Positions 47,688 through 58,895 of a stretch of DNA of 64,000 nt are shown here, one piece after another. The stretch's first letter is position 1. Each line of letters starts with the position of its first letter. Source of the stretch: an uncultured Fastidiosipila sp. (GTDB lineage Bacteria > Bacillota > Clostridia > Saccharofermentanales > Fastidiosipilaceae); assembly GCA_947253875.1 (NCBI GenBank), contig CAMYAM010000006.1, positions 34,604 through 98,603 on the forward strand. Direction: 5' to 3'. A program made the position numbers and the translations under genes. The notes beneath the pieces were generated by a model. It saw only the letters and a program-made list of their open reading frames with translations. It was not told where the DNA came from and did no database searches.

Positions 47688-50177
47688 ATGCAAAGCTTCG
47701 AGAATTTAGGAGAATTTTATTTAGGTAAAGTAGTAGACCTAGAAACAATGAAGAGCACTGAGCAGTATTACCTTTACAAATCAAAAGATCTGACTACCCA
47801 TGCAATCTGCGTGGGTATGACAGGTTCAGGTAAGACTGGTCTATGTATAGACTTGTTGGAGGAAGCAGCCATAGATGGTATTCCTGCTTTGGTCATTGAT
47901 CCCAAAGGTGATATGGGCAATCTCATGTTAGCCTTTCCGGATTTTTTAGCAGAAAACTTCGAACCTTGGATTGACACAGTAGAAGCAAGTAGACAAGGAT
48001 TAACTGCTAAAGAAGCTGCAGCACAAGTAGCCTCTAACTGGAAAAATGGTTTGGCAGATTCAGGCATTGACGCTGCGAGAGTTCAAAAATATTTAGATAG
48101 TGTTGAACTAAATATTTACACACCAGGCAGTAATGCAGGTAAGCAATTATCAATAATTGATGTGACAGACTTACCTAGTGATGCAATCTTAAATGATGAA
48201 GAGGCTCTTAATAACTATGTAAGTTCGACCGTCTCTAACATATTATCTCTCTTAAAGATTGATAGTGATCCTTTGACCTCAAGAGAGCATATTTTATTAT
48301 CATATATTTTCTTAAACAAATATAAAAAACGTGAGAGTTTAGATATCACGGAATTAATTCAAGCAATACAGAACCCAGGTTTTGATAAGTTGGGTGCCTT
48401 GGACTTGGAGTCTTTTTATCCAGAAAAAGATAGATTCAGACTTGCAGTTCAACTTAATAATTTAATGGCATCACCAAGTTTTGCTTCTTGGCTAAAAGGT
48501 GAAGCCCTAGATGTTCAAAATCTCTTATACACAAAAGCAGGCAAACCAAAAATATCTATAATCTCAATTAACCACCTATCTGATGAAGATAGAATGTTTA
48601 TTGTAACCGCTATTCTTAATAAGGTTATTTCTTGGACAAGAGCTCAAGCTGGTACATCTAGTTTGCGTGCAATTCTATACATGGATGAGATTTTCGGATA
48701 CTTCCCACCAGTCAGCAATCCTAGTTCAAAACAAGCTTTACTAACTCTGTTAAAACAGGCTAGAGCTTTTGGTTTGGCAGTAGTTTTGGCAACTCAGAAC
48801 CCAGTCGACTTAGATTACAAAGGTTTATCTAATATTGGATCGTGGTTCATAGGAAGACTGCAGACCGAGCAGGATAAAAACAGATTACTTGATGGTCTAC
48901 AAAGTGTGTCTAATGAATCCGGAATGAACTTCGATAGGAATCAATTATCTGAGTTGATATCAGCTTTACCAAAGAGAACTTTCTTAGTAAATAATGTGCA
49001 TGAGTCTGGACCAGAGCTGTTTAAGACACGTTGGACTATGTCTTATTTAGCCGGACCTTTGACCAGAGAATCTATAAGCAGATTAAGTCCTGCAGATGAG
49101 GTAGTTACAGAGCAAGCTGCTAAGGCGATAGAAGGAAATGATAGTTTAGGTGTTTCAGAGACTGAACTTGCTGGTAAAGTGGAAGTCAGAGAGAATACAA
49201 ACTCTGCTGAGAACAGCTCTTTAGCAAGTTCCAATAATGCCAATAATATCAGGAAAAAAGTCCCTGACAACATAGATATTTACTATCAAAAGTCAGATGA
49301 GCAAGAAGAAGTTATTTATAAACCAGGCTTGCTTGCCCATGTTGATGTAAGTTTTGTAGATAAGAAACATAATATTAGCGAGGTCAAGAGTTTAAGTTTC
49401 ATAAGTGAACTTAAAGATGAAGTAATTGCTGTAGATTGGTCAGAAAATCTAGCTGAAGATTCCAAGATAGAAACAGTAAATATTCCAGCCAGTTCAGCAA
49501 AATTCCTTGAGATTCCAGATTCTGCTGGCAAGAAAACTAGCTATACTCAATGGGAAAAAGATCTTAAGGATATGGTTTATAGAGATGCAAGATTAGAGTT
49601 ATTCTCTCATGATGCAAGTGGTTTAGTGTCTAGACCGGGTGAATCAGAGAGTGAATTTAGTCTACGAATAGAGCAATCTGTGCGTGAAGCAAGAGATAAG
49701 GCTGTAGAAGATCTAAAAGCAAAGTATGAGAAAAAACTTCAAGCGGCTGAAGAGAAAATTAGAAAAGCTGAATCTAGATTACAGCGAGAAGAAGCTGAAG
49801 CAAAACAATCTAAATTATCTTCATGGATAGATATAGGCTCAACTGTGCTAGATAGTTTCCTCGGACGTAAGAAGTTTGGGAAAACTACCATGAACAAGGC
49901 TGCACGTTCTGCAAGATCAGTGGGAAGAGCTAATCAACAAGCTGCTGATGTTCATAGAGCTGAAGCAGATTTAGAAACATACCAGGCAGATTTAGAAAAA
50001 CTTGAACAAGAATTAAGCGCTGAATTGGAGAAGTTAAGTGATAACTTCAAAGAAACAACTAATAATATTGGTAAGTTTGATATAGCTCCAACAAAAGGTA
50101 ATATTAATGTCAAAGTATTAGCAGTAATTATGCTGCCTTACGCCGAAACAGCAAATGGTCTAGTACCGTTATTCTAG
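47688..50177 (+). CDS. YjgR/DUF853-family (HerA-like) P-loop ATPase with long coiled-coil C-terminal region
   Basis: Walker A GMTGSGKTG plus IDPKGDMG, Walker B LYMDEIFGYFPP, LATQNPVDLDYKGLSNIGSWFIGRLQ. These align with the E. coli YjgR arrangement. The C-terminus has KAKYEKKLQAAEEKIRKAESRLQREEAEAK. Confidence 0.65.
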   Translation: MQSFENLGEFYLGKVVDLETMKSTEQYYLYKSKDLTTHAICVGMTGSGKTGLCIDLLEEAAIDGIPALVIDPKGDMGNLMLAFPDFLAENFEPWIDTVEASRQGLTAKEAAAQVASNWKNGLADSGIDAARVQKYLDSVELNIYTPGSNAGKQLSIIDVTDLPSDAILNDEEALNNYVSSTVSNILSLLKIDSDPLTSREHILLSYIFLNKYKKRESLDITELIQAIQNPGFDKLGALDLESFYPEKDRFRLAVQLNNLMASPSFASWLKGEALDVQNLLYTKAGKPKISIISINHLSDEDRMFIVTAILNKVISWTRAQAGTSSLRAILYMDEIFGYFPPVSNPSSKQALLTLLKQARAFGLAVVLATQNPVDLDYKGLSNIGSWFIGRLQTEQDKNRLLDGLQSVSNESGMNFDRNQLSELISALPKRTFLVNNVHESGPELFKTRWTMSYLAGPLTRESISRLSPADEVVTEQAAKAIEGNDSLGVSETELAGKVEVRENTNSAENSSLASSNNANNIRKKVPDNIDIYYQKSDEQEEVIYKPGLLAHVDVSFVDKKHNISEVKSLSFISELKDEVIAVDWSENLAEDSKIETVNIPASSAKFLEIPDSAGKKTSYTQWEKDLKDMVYRDARLELFSHDASGLVSRPGESESEFSLRIEQSVREARDKAVEDLKAKYEKKLQAAEEKIRKAESRLQREEAEAKQSKLSSWIDIGSTVLDSFLGRKKFGKTTMNKAARSARSVGRANQQAADVHRAEADLETYQADLEKLEQELSAELEKLSDNFKETTNNIGKFDIAPTKGNINVKVLAVIMLPYAETANGLVPLF

Positions 50178-50285
50178 TTTAGGTTGAAGATTGCTTTTTC
50201 GAGTGCAATTCAAAAACAAATTAAAAATATAACTGTTATACTGTTATCTAACAAAAAATAGTTAAAGCAAAGAAAGGAAGAAACG

Positions 50286-51695
50286 ATGCTTACAGTAAAA
50301 TTAAATCAAGATACTGGACTAAAAGTTCATTTACGTCCAATAAATAGTGGCTGTGATATGGTTAAGTTCGCAAGTGAAGTTTCAAACTTTACAGCAAAGA
50401 AAGGTGAACTTTTCTTCTGGCCAAAAGAAAATTCAGAATCTGTATTGCTAGCAGGTCTAGGTGAATTATCTGAATTAAAAGCAGATGACTTGCGTACATT
50501 AGCTTTCAAGATTGTTAAAGAATTGGAATTACACAAAGTTAAAGAGGCTAGCGTAAAACTTCCAGAATTAGAGCTAGACGCAGAACAAGTTTTAGCAGCA
50601 TTTATCGAAGGTCTAATTCATTCTGAATATAAATTCAACAAAGGTACAAGAGACAAAGAAGAGCACGATCTTACAATTAGTGTAGAAACCGAAGTTGCAG
50701 ATGCAGAGAAAGTTTTAGAAGAAGTTAAAAATATCATGGAAGGTGTATTCCTAGCTCGTGACTTAACAAACTTGACCTCGAACGATATGCACCCAGCAGA
50801 CTTGGCTAACTGCGCAAAAGAAAAATTGGAACCACTAGGTGTTAAGGTAACAATTTTTAACGAAGAAGAAATGCTAGAAAAAGGCATGGAAGCTGCCTAC
50901 GCAGTTGGTAAAGGTTCTAGCTACCGACCACAATTCGTAGTCTTAGAATATAACGGTGATGACAGTACCAAGGAAAGAACAGCTTTAGTAGGTAAGGCAA
51001 TTTGTTATGACTCAGGTGGTTACAGCTTGAAACCATCAAGAAGCATGATCACAATGCAATCTGACATGGGTGGCTCAGCAAGTGTTATTGGGGCTTTCTT
51101 AGCTTTAGCAAAGAATAAAGTAAAAGCAAATGTAATTGGTACATTCGCTCCAGTAGAAAACTTAGTTTCTGGAACAAGTTACAGAGTTGGTGATATTATT
51201 GGTTCAATGTCAGGACAAACAATTGAAGTCCAAAATACAGATGCTGAAGGTCGTGTAACTCTAGCAGATGCTATTTACTATGCAACCTCACAAGATAATG
51301 TTACACGTGTAATTGATATCGCTACATTGACAGGTGCATGTCTATCAGCTTTAGGCGAAGAGTTCACAGGTGCTATTACAAATAATCAAGAATTCTATAA
51401 TGAATTTGTTGAAGCTGCAGACTTAGCAGGTGAGAAAGTCTGGCAATTACCTATAGCAGATGCATTCAAGAATGCTAATAAATCTAAGGTAGCTGACTTC
51501 ACAAACTCTGCAGGTGGTGGAGCAGGTACAGTTACAGCAGGTCTATTCGTAGGTGAGTTCTTGGCTGATAAGGATCTACCATGGATCCATTTGGATATCG
51601 CAGGAACAGCATATTTGAGCAAACCATGTGGTTACTTACCAGAGCGTGCAACAGGTGTTCACGTTAAAGCTTTCTACAACTTGCTAGCAAAATAA
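50286..51695 (+). CDS. pepA: Leucyl/cytosol aminopeptidase (M17 family)
   Basis: NTDAEGRVTLADA motif, metal ligands in …VGKAICYDSGGYSLKP…. RBS aaaggaag. Confidence 0.85.
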   Translation: MLTVKLNQDTGLKVHLRPINSGCDMVKFASEVSNFTAKKGELFFWPKENSESVLLAGLGELSELKADDLRTLAFKIVKELELHKVKEASVKLPELELDAEQVLAAFIEGLIHSEYKFNKGTRDKEEHDLTISVETEVADAEKVLEEVKNIMEGVFLARDLTNLTSNDMHPADLANCAKEKLEPLGVKVTIFNEEEMLEKGMEAAYAVGKGSSYRPQFVVLEYNGDDSTKERTALVGKAICYDSGGYSLKPSRSMITMQSDMGGSASVIGAFLALAKNKVKANVIGTFAPVENLVSGTSYRVGDIIGSMSGQTIEVQNTDAEGRVTLADAIYYATSQDNVTRVIDIATLTGACLSALGEEFTGAITNNQEFYNEFVEAADLAGEKVWQLPIADAFKNANKSKVADFTNSAGGGAGTVTAGLFVGEFLADKDLPWIHLDIAGTAYLSKPCGYLPERATGVHVKAFYNLLAK

Positions 51696-51835
51696 TTGTG
51701 TATACAATTTATATGCGTAATTTTGTACGCATTCTGATGTAGATAGAGAAAAAATCTTAATACAAGGCTTCCCAGAGTATTTTAACTTACTGCTATTGGG
51801 GAGCCTTTATTTTATAAAGAAAAGGAGAAGGCTGA

Positions 51836-52699
51836 GTGAAAGAAAATATAAACGCTGCGATGTTTGCAGCATCTAATGCTTTGAAGCCAGGTCAAACGGA
51901 AGATATTTACAGGTTAAGAGATTTATTAGCTGGATTAGACGAGAGGGTTATCTTATCGGAATTTTTGTTTACGGAATCTACATGCTCAGAGGAAAAATTA
52001 TCCTCTGTCTGTTCAGGAAGTCCAGAAGCAAAGGCTGCAGAGCTTAACACTTACTTTGCTAATTCTGAAATTAAAAATATCTACGATGTCTCTGGTGGAG
52101 ATTTAGCGAATGGAATTCTGCCATATCTTGATTATGATGTGATTAAGGCGAGTCCAGCTAAGTACTGGGGTTATAGTGACAATACAACGGTTATCAATGC
52201 TATTTACAAAATGACAGGTAAGTCCTCAATTCTTTATCAGATTAGAAATTTAATTGGTGAAGCTGGTGAACAGCAAACGCAAAATTTCGTTGAAGAAGAT
52301 AGACTTTTTGATTTCAACTATGAATTTATAAGAGGCAGTCAGATTGAGGGAGTAGTTTTGGGTGGTAATATTCGTTGTTTATTGAAGCTGGCAGGTACGA
52401 AATTCATGCCGGACTTCAGTGGTAAAGTTCTTTTCTTAGAATCTTACAGTGGTAGAACGGCAAGGATACGTAGTTATTTTTATCAACTGGAGCAACTGGG
52501 AGTTTTTGCAGAGATTTCTGGACTGATTTTGGGGAGTTTTACAGAACTATTCGAAAAAGATGGCAAGACTTCATTGCTTGAAATTGTTGAGGAGATAGTT
52601 CCAGATAGAATTCCTATAGCAAGTACTGACGAGATAGGTCATGGAGCAAATAGTAAGGCTCTTAGAATTGGAGAAAGTTTGAACCTGAGCAGAGATTAG
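51836..52699 (+). CDS. LD-carboxypeptidase (S66 family, LdcA/MccF-like)
   Basis: YWGYSDNTTVINAIY (Ser nucleophile motif GxSDxT). C-terminal EIGHGANS. Start is GTG 51836 after aaaggaga. Confidence 0.65.
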   Translation: MKENINAAMFAASNALKPGQTEDIYRLRDLLAGLDERVILSEFLFTESTCSEEKLSSVCSGSPEAKAAELNTYFANSEIKNIYDVSGGDLANGILPYLDYDVIKASPAKYWGYSDNTTVINAIYKMTGKSSILYQIRNLIGEAGEQQTQNFVEEDRLFDFNYEFIRGSQIEGVVLGGNIRCLLKLAGTKFMPDFSGKVLFLESYSGRTARIRSYFYQLEQLGVFAEISGLILGSFTELFEKDGKTSLLEIVEEIVPDRIPIASTDEIGHGANSKALRIGESLNLSRD

Positions 52700-52716
52700 T
52701 TGTTTTTATGAAATAG

Positions 52717-52750
52717 AAAAGTGTAGCCTTAAGACTACACTTTCTTTATT
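52717..52750. terminator. Bidirectional terminator between convergent genes
   Basis: aaaagtgtagccttaagactacacttt followed by ctttatt. Confidence 0.55.
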
Positions 52751-52772
52751 AATATTCTATTATATTTGTAGG

Positions 52773-53759
52773 CTAATCATTATTTTTCTTACTTAATAAA
52801 TTAGTAATTGTAATAACTATTGGGAATAAAACACCTGCAATTAACAGTACAATCCAGGAAATCTTCCAAGCGTTAGTCAAGAAACTATAGAGAAGGTAGA
52901 TTGCTGTAGAGATTGACCAGAAACTTGTATACACTGTGATTTTAAGGGATGAATTAGCTTTTTTGACTTTTGTATAATTGCCTTCTTTTAATAATTTCTC
53001 ATAGCTTTTCCATCTGACATCTGCTTGAACAAGGAAATATACGCCAATCGCTATTAGTAATAAAGTAACCGCTAGCATGATAACGCTTAATATATCATTT
53101 TTTTCATCAATAATGGCCCCAATAAAGATAGGTATTACTGAGGTTACACACAACATAATTCCTGTTAAATTCAATTTATTGTAGGTATCTCTATAATTTT
53201 CTTGTTTTTCTTTCGCCAAACCTCTAACTCCATAAGCAGTTTCTATTACTTCTTTATCCAAGAAATCATATTTCTCACTCTGATTGCCACCGACAATAAG
53301 TAAAGCCACACCTGCCGCTACAAATATAAATAGTACGATTAAGCCAATACCAGAGGCAACGTTTTCGTTCATGAAGTTAGGATTAGACTCACTTATTTGA
53401 CCAAGTATAAGTAGAACTATAGGGGAAAGAATAAATAAGGATACAGCTAGTGCTATTAGTTTAGAGCCAGCTTCTTGAATCCTCAGGAAATCATTTGCTT
53501 CTTCTAACGTAACTGTTCTTACATCTAAGTTATCTGAAATATTTACATTTTCTTCTATCTCTATATTCTCTTTTAGGAGATAGTCAGTACTTACACCGAA
53601 AAGTTGTGAAAGTTTAATTATTTTCTCTAAATCTGGAATAGATTGAGCACCTTCCCACTTGGATATTGATTGTCTCGTGACATTCATTTGCTCAGCTAGT
53701 TCTTCTTGTGACCAGCCAGCTTTTTTGCGTAATAAGATAAGTTTATCTGCAAAAATCAT
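52773..53759 (-). CDS. XRE-family HTH protein with multi-TM C-terminal domain
   Basis: N-terminus LRKKAGWSQEELAEQMNVTRQSISKWEGAQSIPDLEKIIKLSQLFGVSTDYLL is a classic XRE HTH. At least 5 TM helices follow. Confidence 0.65.
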   Translation of the reverse strand: MIFADKLILLRKKAGWSQEELAEQMNVTRQSISKWEGAQSIPDLEKIIKLSQLFGVSTDYLLKENIEIEENVNISDNLDVRTVTLEEANDFLRIQEAGSKLIALAVSLFILSPIVLLILGQISESNPNFMNENVASGIGLIVLFIFVAAGVALLIVGGNQSEKYDFLDKEVIETAYGVRGLAKEKQENYRDTYNKLNLTGIMLCVTSVIPIFIGAIIDEKNDILSVIMLAVTLLLIAIGVYFLVQADVRWKSYEKLLKEGNYTKVKKANSSLKITVYTSFWSISTAIYLLYSFLTNAWKISWIVLLIAGVLFPIVITITNLLSKKNND

Positions 53760-54021
53760 ATTATTATCCTCCCATATGATTAATATGCTCTAATGATAGA
53801 GTTTCAAGGGGTTGCAGACCACCAATTGGAGCGGTCAATTTGTCAACTTGCAGTTGCATGCTGGTGTTATCTTGTTAAATAGTAGTTTTAGTATAATAAC
53901 CAATATAATTCTGTGTAATATAATTTTAGCGAATGCAGAGAAGCTTATGGTGTTATTTATGTTAAAAAATAATTATTTTTGTGTGATAATAAAAACAACT
54001 CAAATTTTGTGGAGGTATTTA

Positions 54022-55328
54022 TGGATTATCAAGAATACATGAGAATAAGAGATGAACGCACTCGAGAATTTATGAAGGCTAGGTTTGGACTTTTTATCCA
54101 TTGGGGATTATATGCAATTTCTGCACGTGGTGAATGGTATATGACCAATCATGAGATCCCAAGAACCGAGTACGAGAAGTATGCAGAAGAATGGAATCCG
54201 TATCATTTCGATGCGAAAGAGTGGGCAAAGTTGGCGAAAGAAGCCGGCATGAAATATGCCGTTATTACGACTAAACACCATGATGGTTTCTGCCTATTTG
54301 ATAGTAAATTAACTGATTATAAGTCAACTAATACTCCGTTTGGAAGAGATATAATACGTGAGTTTGTGGATGCATTTAGAGCGGAAGGCCTTAAGGTAGG
54401 ATTTTACTACTCACTTCTAGATTGGCATCATCCTGATTACCCGGTCAAAGGAGACCAATTCCATCCAGAAAGAAACCACGAAGGTTTGAATGAAAATGAA
54501 GGCAATTTCCCACGCTACTTAGATTATTTGCACGGTCAAGTAGAGGAGTTAATGAGTAATTATGGCAAAATTGATTTGCTCTGGTTCGACTTTTCTTATG
54601 GAGATAAATTTGGTGAAGCTTGGAGGGGTAAGGAGCTGCTTGACATGATCCGTTCTAAACAACCTGACATTATCGTTAATGGAAGACTAGAAGGTAGTGG
54701 GGAAACTCATGGGTCAATATTGAGCGATGAACCTAGTATTTTCTCAGGTGATTTTGCCAATCCAGAGATGATTATTCCACCTGCAGGTATGACTACAGAT
54801 TCAGGTAGAGTTGTCCCTTGGGAAGCTTGTTTAACTATTAATAATAGCTGGGGATATAATGCCTGGGATAGAAGCTTCAAATCTTCAGAGCAACTAATAC
54901 GTAAATTAGTAGAATGTGTAAGCAAGAATGGAAATATGCTCCTTAACGTGGGACCTAATGCAAAAGGAGAAATCCAGAAAGAACAAAAACAGATCCTAAA
55001 AGAAATTGGAGAGTGGATGTACTGTAATTCAGATAGTATTTACGGATGTGCTGCAGCAGAGCTTGCTAAACCTGAATGGGGACGTTTCACGCAAAAAGGC
55101 AATACTATTTATGCTCACGTATTTGAAGAGCCAATTGGTCCAGTAATTATTCAGAATTTCGACAAAAAGATTAAGAGGATTAGAAGAGTACGTGATGGTT
55201 TGGAGTTACATAACAATAAACCGTGGAACGCAGCTAATGGCTACGATCAACATGTATTCATTGAATATTTATATACAGATGAGTTAGACAAGATTGATAG
55301 TGTAATTGCAATTGAAGTTGAAGAATAG
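54022..55328 (+). CDS. GH29-family alpha-L-fucosidase, cytoplasmic
   Basis: FGLFIHWGLYA…TTKHHDGFCLFDS…YYSLLDWHHPDY are GH29 signatures. Start at ATG 54022 after gtggagg. The ORF-track start at 53979 lacks an RBS. Confidence 0.8.
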
Positions 55329-55462
55329 AAAAATTAAGGAACTTAGGCTGTGATGTTAAAGCAGCTTTGCCGTTTAGAAAATTTAAGGTGTGTAAGATAG
55401 TGATTATCTTGCACACCTTCTTGTTTGTTCAAAATACAAAAATATATTTGTGAGTATAGGAA

Positions 55463-56746
55463 TTATTTTTTCAATAAAAGCTCATATAGCTTGTCATAGA
55501 AAGGTTTAGATTTGCAAACTTCAGCAACGCTATATGCTACAAGACTTACTACAGCAAGACCTAATAAGTAATTAAATGCTCCTCCAGTCATTTCGAGGAT
55601 TAATATAATTGCTGTAATCGGTGTTCTGACAATAGCTGAGAAGTGTCCACACATAGCTAGCATTGTAAAAGCTAAGATATATGAAGCATCAAGTAAGCCT
55701 AACATTACAAAGCTTGTGGCAACTATGTTTCCCAGAAGAGATCCTATAACTAGCAGTGGAACAAGACTTCCGCCAGGTACACCTACGCCGAAAGCGCATG
55801 ATAAGAGCAAAATTTTCAGAATATATATAATAATAAGTTCTATCAATTTCTTATTTCCAGTTAATGGTAAGAATATAAAAGGCTCACTTGAAGAAAAGAG
55901 TTCAATATCGAGCAACAAGACAACAGCGGTAAGTACAAAAGGGATAAGATACTTAATGTATGGATGAATTTTTATCTTGGCAAAAACTTTTTTGGAAGAG
56001 ATAACAACATAATTAAACAATACTCCTGAAAGACCAGCAAAAATACCAAGAATGACTATAAGTCCAAGCATGGATATATCAATTACTTCAAAATTCGGAA
56101 TATCTATAAGTGCAGGTCTATTACCAAAGCAAAGATCAGCAGTAACAACGGCAGAGAATACAGTTAAAGTTGAGAATACAAAAACCTTTCTATTAGTTTT
56201 TTTGAAAATTTCTTCGATAGTAAAAAGCAATCCTGCCATAGGAGCATTAAAAGCCACTGCAATTCCGGCACCAGCGGATGAACCGATAAAGTATCTTTTG
56301 TTTTCTTTTGATTGGCTAAATTTATGAGAAATATCACCAATAAGTCCAGCTATTTGAACAGAAGGACCTTCCCTACCTAAAGTTAGTCCAGAACCTATTG
56401 TAAGTGTACTAGCTACGAATTTATTAATGAGAGTTTTAAGGGGACTGACTTCAATTTTATCATCGATCATACCGTAGACGACAGGAATACCAGAACCATT
56501 AATATTTGGATCTTTTTTTGTTAAAAAGTAGATTAATGTACCAAGCAATATGAAAGCTACTACGATAAGGACTGAATAAAGAATGTTACCTGAAGAGGTT
56601 TTTAATAGCTCCATAACGTGTTTTGCTATAAAGTGTATCGCCTCTTTGAAAAGACCTATCACAATACCAGTAGCCATTCCTGTTAAAACTAAAATAAAAA
56701 CGGTTCTAAGATATTTCAATTGTTTTGAAAAATTTTCTTTCGTCAT
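55463..56746 (-). CDS. ClC-family chloride channel / H+-Cl- antiporter
   Basis: GSGIP, GREGPSVQIAG and GxFAP-like motifs, about 11 TM. Confidence 0.8.
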   Translation of the reverse strand: MTKENFSKQLKYLRTVFILVLTGMATGIVIGLFKEAIHFIAKHVMELLKTSSGNILYSVLIVVAFILLGTLIYFLTKKDPNINGSGIPVVYGMIDDKIEVSPLKTLINKFVASTLTIGSGLTLGREGPSVQIAGLIGDISHKFSQSKENKRYFIGSSAGAGIAVAFNAPMAGLLFTIEEIFKKTNRKVFVFSTLTVFSAVVTADLCFGNRPALIDIPNFEVIDISMLGLIVILGIFAGLSGVLFNYVVISSKKVFAKIKIHPYIKYLIPFVLTAVVLLLDIELFSSSEPFIFLPLTGNKKLIELIIIYILKILLLSCAFGVGVPGGSLVPLLVIGSLLGNIVATSFVMLGLLDASYILAFTMLAMCGHFSAIVRTPITAIILILEMTGGAFNYLLGLAVVSLVAYSVAEVCKSKPFYDKLYELLLKK

Positions 56747-56963
56747 AAACTTTGCCTCTCAATAATTACAGTTGAGTATTTAAACCATGACAGTTATATG
56801 CCTGGAGAAATACGTGCACATTCAAGTGTACTCCTATGTAAGCTGAATTTAAAGTTTTTGTTGAAGATTAAGAATGTTTTACAAGGTAAAGTTAAGCAAT
56901 AAGAAACGGAGTTTTACGATATTGCAAAGCTCCGTTTCTGCTTTTCGAGTTAATAAATTCTGT

Positions 56964-57641
56964 TTACACGTATACATAAATCGAGATAAACATTGCTACA
57001 GCTGCTAGGAAGACAAATATGTGCCAGACTACATGTGCGTATGGAATATTTCGCCTTTTGCCTAAGCCATAAAAAATAATTCCTAAAGTATAGATTAAGC
57101 CGCCGCCAAATAGCCAAAGAGCACCACCAAGACCCATGGTTTCAAATATAGGCTTAAGCGCAAAGAGCGCAACCCAGCCCATGGCTACATAAATCCAAGT
57201 AGAGTATTTCATTACAAATTTCCAATGGAAAATTTTACCTAAAATACCTGTGATCGCTAAAACCCATTCAATGACAAAAATTGTGATTCCGAGTGCTCCA
57301 CCAATGCTAATTAATGTGTAAGGGGTATAAGTTCCTGCGATTAAGAAGAAAATTCCACTATGGTCAAGGACATGAAGAACTTTTTCTGCTTTGGTAAATT
57401 TCAAGCTGTGATATAAAGTTGAGAATAAGAACATTAAACACATGCTAACGCCGTAGATTGTATATGCAGTTACTTCCAAGGCACTTCCATGAGCTACACC
57501 TTTAATTATAAGGAATACAGTTGCAGTTACAGCTGCTCCAAATCCAAACCCATGAGTTACAGAGTTTAGAACTTCATTCAAGATGCGATAAAAATGAGTA
57601 TCTCTGTGACGGATGGGGGTTTTTGTATCGTTATTTGGCAT
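56964..57641 (-). CDS. Hemolysin-III / PAQR-family membrane protein
   Basis: 7-TM protein with YRILNE…HGFG N-terminus and HxxxH-containing C-terminus (HVVWHIFV), typical of the HlyIII/YqfA family. Terminator hairpin at 56904-56940. Confidence 0.75.
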   Translation of the reverse strand: MPNNDTKTPIRHRDTHFYRILNEVLNSVTHGFGFGAAVTATVFLIIKGVAHGSALEVTAYTIYGVSMCLMFLFSTLYHSLKFTKAEKVLHVLDHSGIFFLIAGTYTPYTLISIGGALGITIFVIEWVLAITGILGKIFHWKFVMKYSTWIYVAMGWVALFALKPIFETMGLGGALWLFGGGLIYTLGIIFYGLGKRRNIPYAHVVWHIFVFLAAVAMFISIYVYV

Positions 57642-57760
57642 TTCATACTCCTTCTGTAATTAAAAGATAAGACAATTGTAGCACTTAATTAATTAAAGTT
57701 TGTAAAACATGAAAGCAAAAGTAATTTATAATTAAATTTAATATCAAACTGAGGTGTGCA

Positions 57761-58723
57761 ATGAATATTGATAAAGGTCAAAATCGTCAAGCTACAATGA
57801 AAGATGTTGCCAAAAGAGCTAATGTTTCAACTGCAACGGTTTCTTATGTTTTGAACTATTCAGATAAAAAGAAAATTAGTCATGAAACCAGGCTGAAAGT
57901 TTTTGAAGCTGCTGAAGAGTTGAATTATGTTACAGATAAATCTGCGAGAAGTCTTGCCCTTAAGAGATATCAAGATGTAAAGCATGAGAAAGGTACAGTT
58001 GGGTTAATCGTAGATATTGATGAACATACTTCTTGGTCAAAAAAATCCATTTACTTTGAACTCTTTAACCTTCTCTCAGCTGGTCTGAAAAAAAGTGGCT
58101 ATGAACTGGTTGAAATTCTTTATGAAAATGTAGATCAGGCACTTAAAGAAAAACATGATTTTGACTTAATCCTTATTTATGAACTGACACTGGAAGATGC
58201 GCAAGCGCTGACTCAAGAATTTTTCGTTCCGGTTGCAAGCATAGAAACTCCTCTTTTTAATATTTTGTTTCATGAAATAAACTTTGATTTTCTGCACTTG
58301 TTCGAAGCTCTTAGCCTAAAAGCAGAATATCTCTGTATAGAGGATTATGTAAACGATAGAGTTTATGAATTGGCTAGTAAATTTATTTCACAAGATAATA
58401 TCCTGGTTAATACCAATGAGAATAGTTTAAAGCACTTCTTTGACAAGGAAAATATTCAAAATAATAAGATGATTGTTGTAGGAGAAGCATTGGCTCTTGA
58501 AGTTCAGCAGTTTGTTGATGCAAAGCAAATGATTGTTGTGTGTTATAGCCAGAGTGGGGTCAGGTTATTCCCTAATAGTGAAGTATTACTTTTGGACCTT
58601 AATAAAATTGTTAAAGAGACTTGCTTTTTAGTGGAGAAATTACTTGATTTAAAGGGACGTGAAGTGGATCACATAATTTATATTCCTGCAGAGACTGTGG
58701 ATGTTAAAGACATTAAAGTCTAA
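57761..58723 (+). CDS. LacI-family transcriptional regulator
   Basis: ATMKDVAKRANVSTATVSYVLN HTH after a 12-aa extension. RBS gaggtg before ATG 57761. The periplasmic-binding-protein-like C-terminal region is divergent. Confidence 0.65.
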   Translation: MNIDKGQNRQATMKDVAKRANVSTATVSYVLNYSDKKKISHETRLKVFEAAEELNYVTDKSARSLALKRYQDVKHEKGTVGLIVDIDEHTSWSKKSIYFELFNLLSAGLKKSGYELVEILYENVDQALKEKHDFDLILIYELTLEDAQALTQEFFVPVASIETPLFNILFHEINFDFLHLFEALSLKAEYLCIEDYVNDRVYELASKFISQDNILVNTNENSLKHFFDKENIQNNKMIVVGEALALEVQQFVDAKQMIVVCYSQSGVRLFPNSEVLLLDLNKIVKETCFLVEKLLDLKGREVDHIIYIPAETVDVKDIKV

Positions 58724-58895
58724 ACTCGTCAACAGGAAATATCAACAGGAGAATTGTCCTTAAAAAAGGTATAGGAACTAAATGTCATTTGTAATAACTT
58801 ATACCGAAGTGATAGAATACCTAGAGAAAAAACGAATTAATAAAAGATAATAAGAAACGCAAAAATAAAAAGGAAAAGGAAAAGGAAAAACGCAA

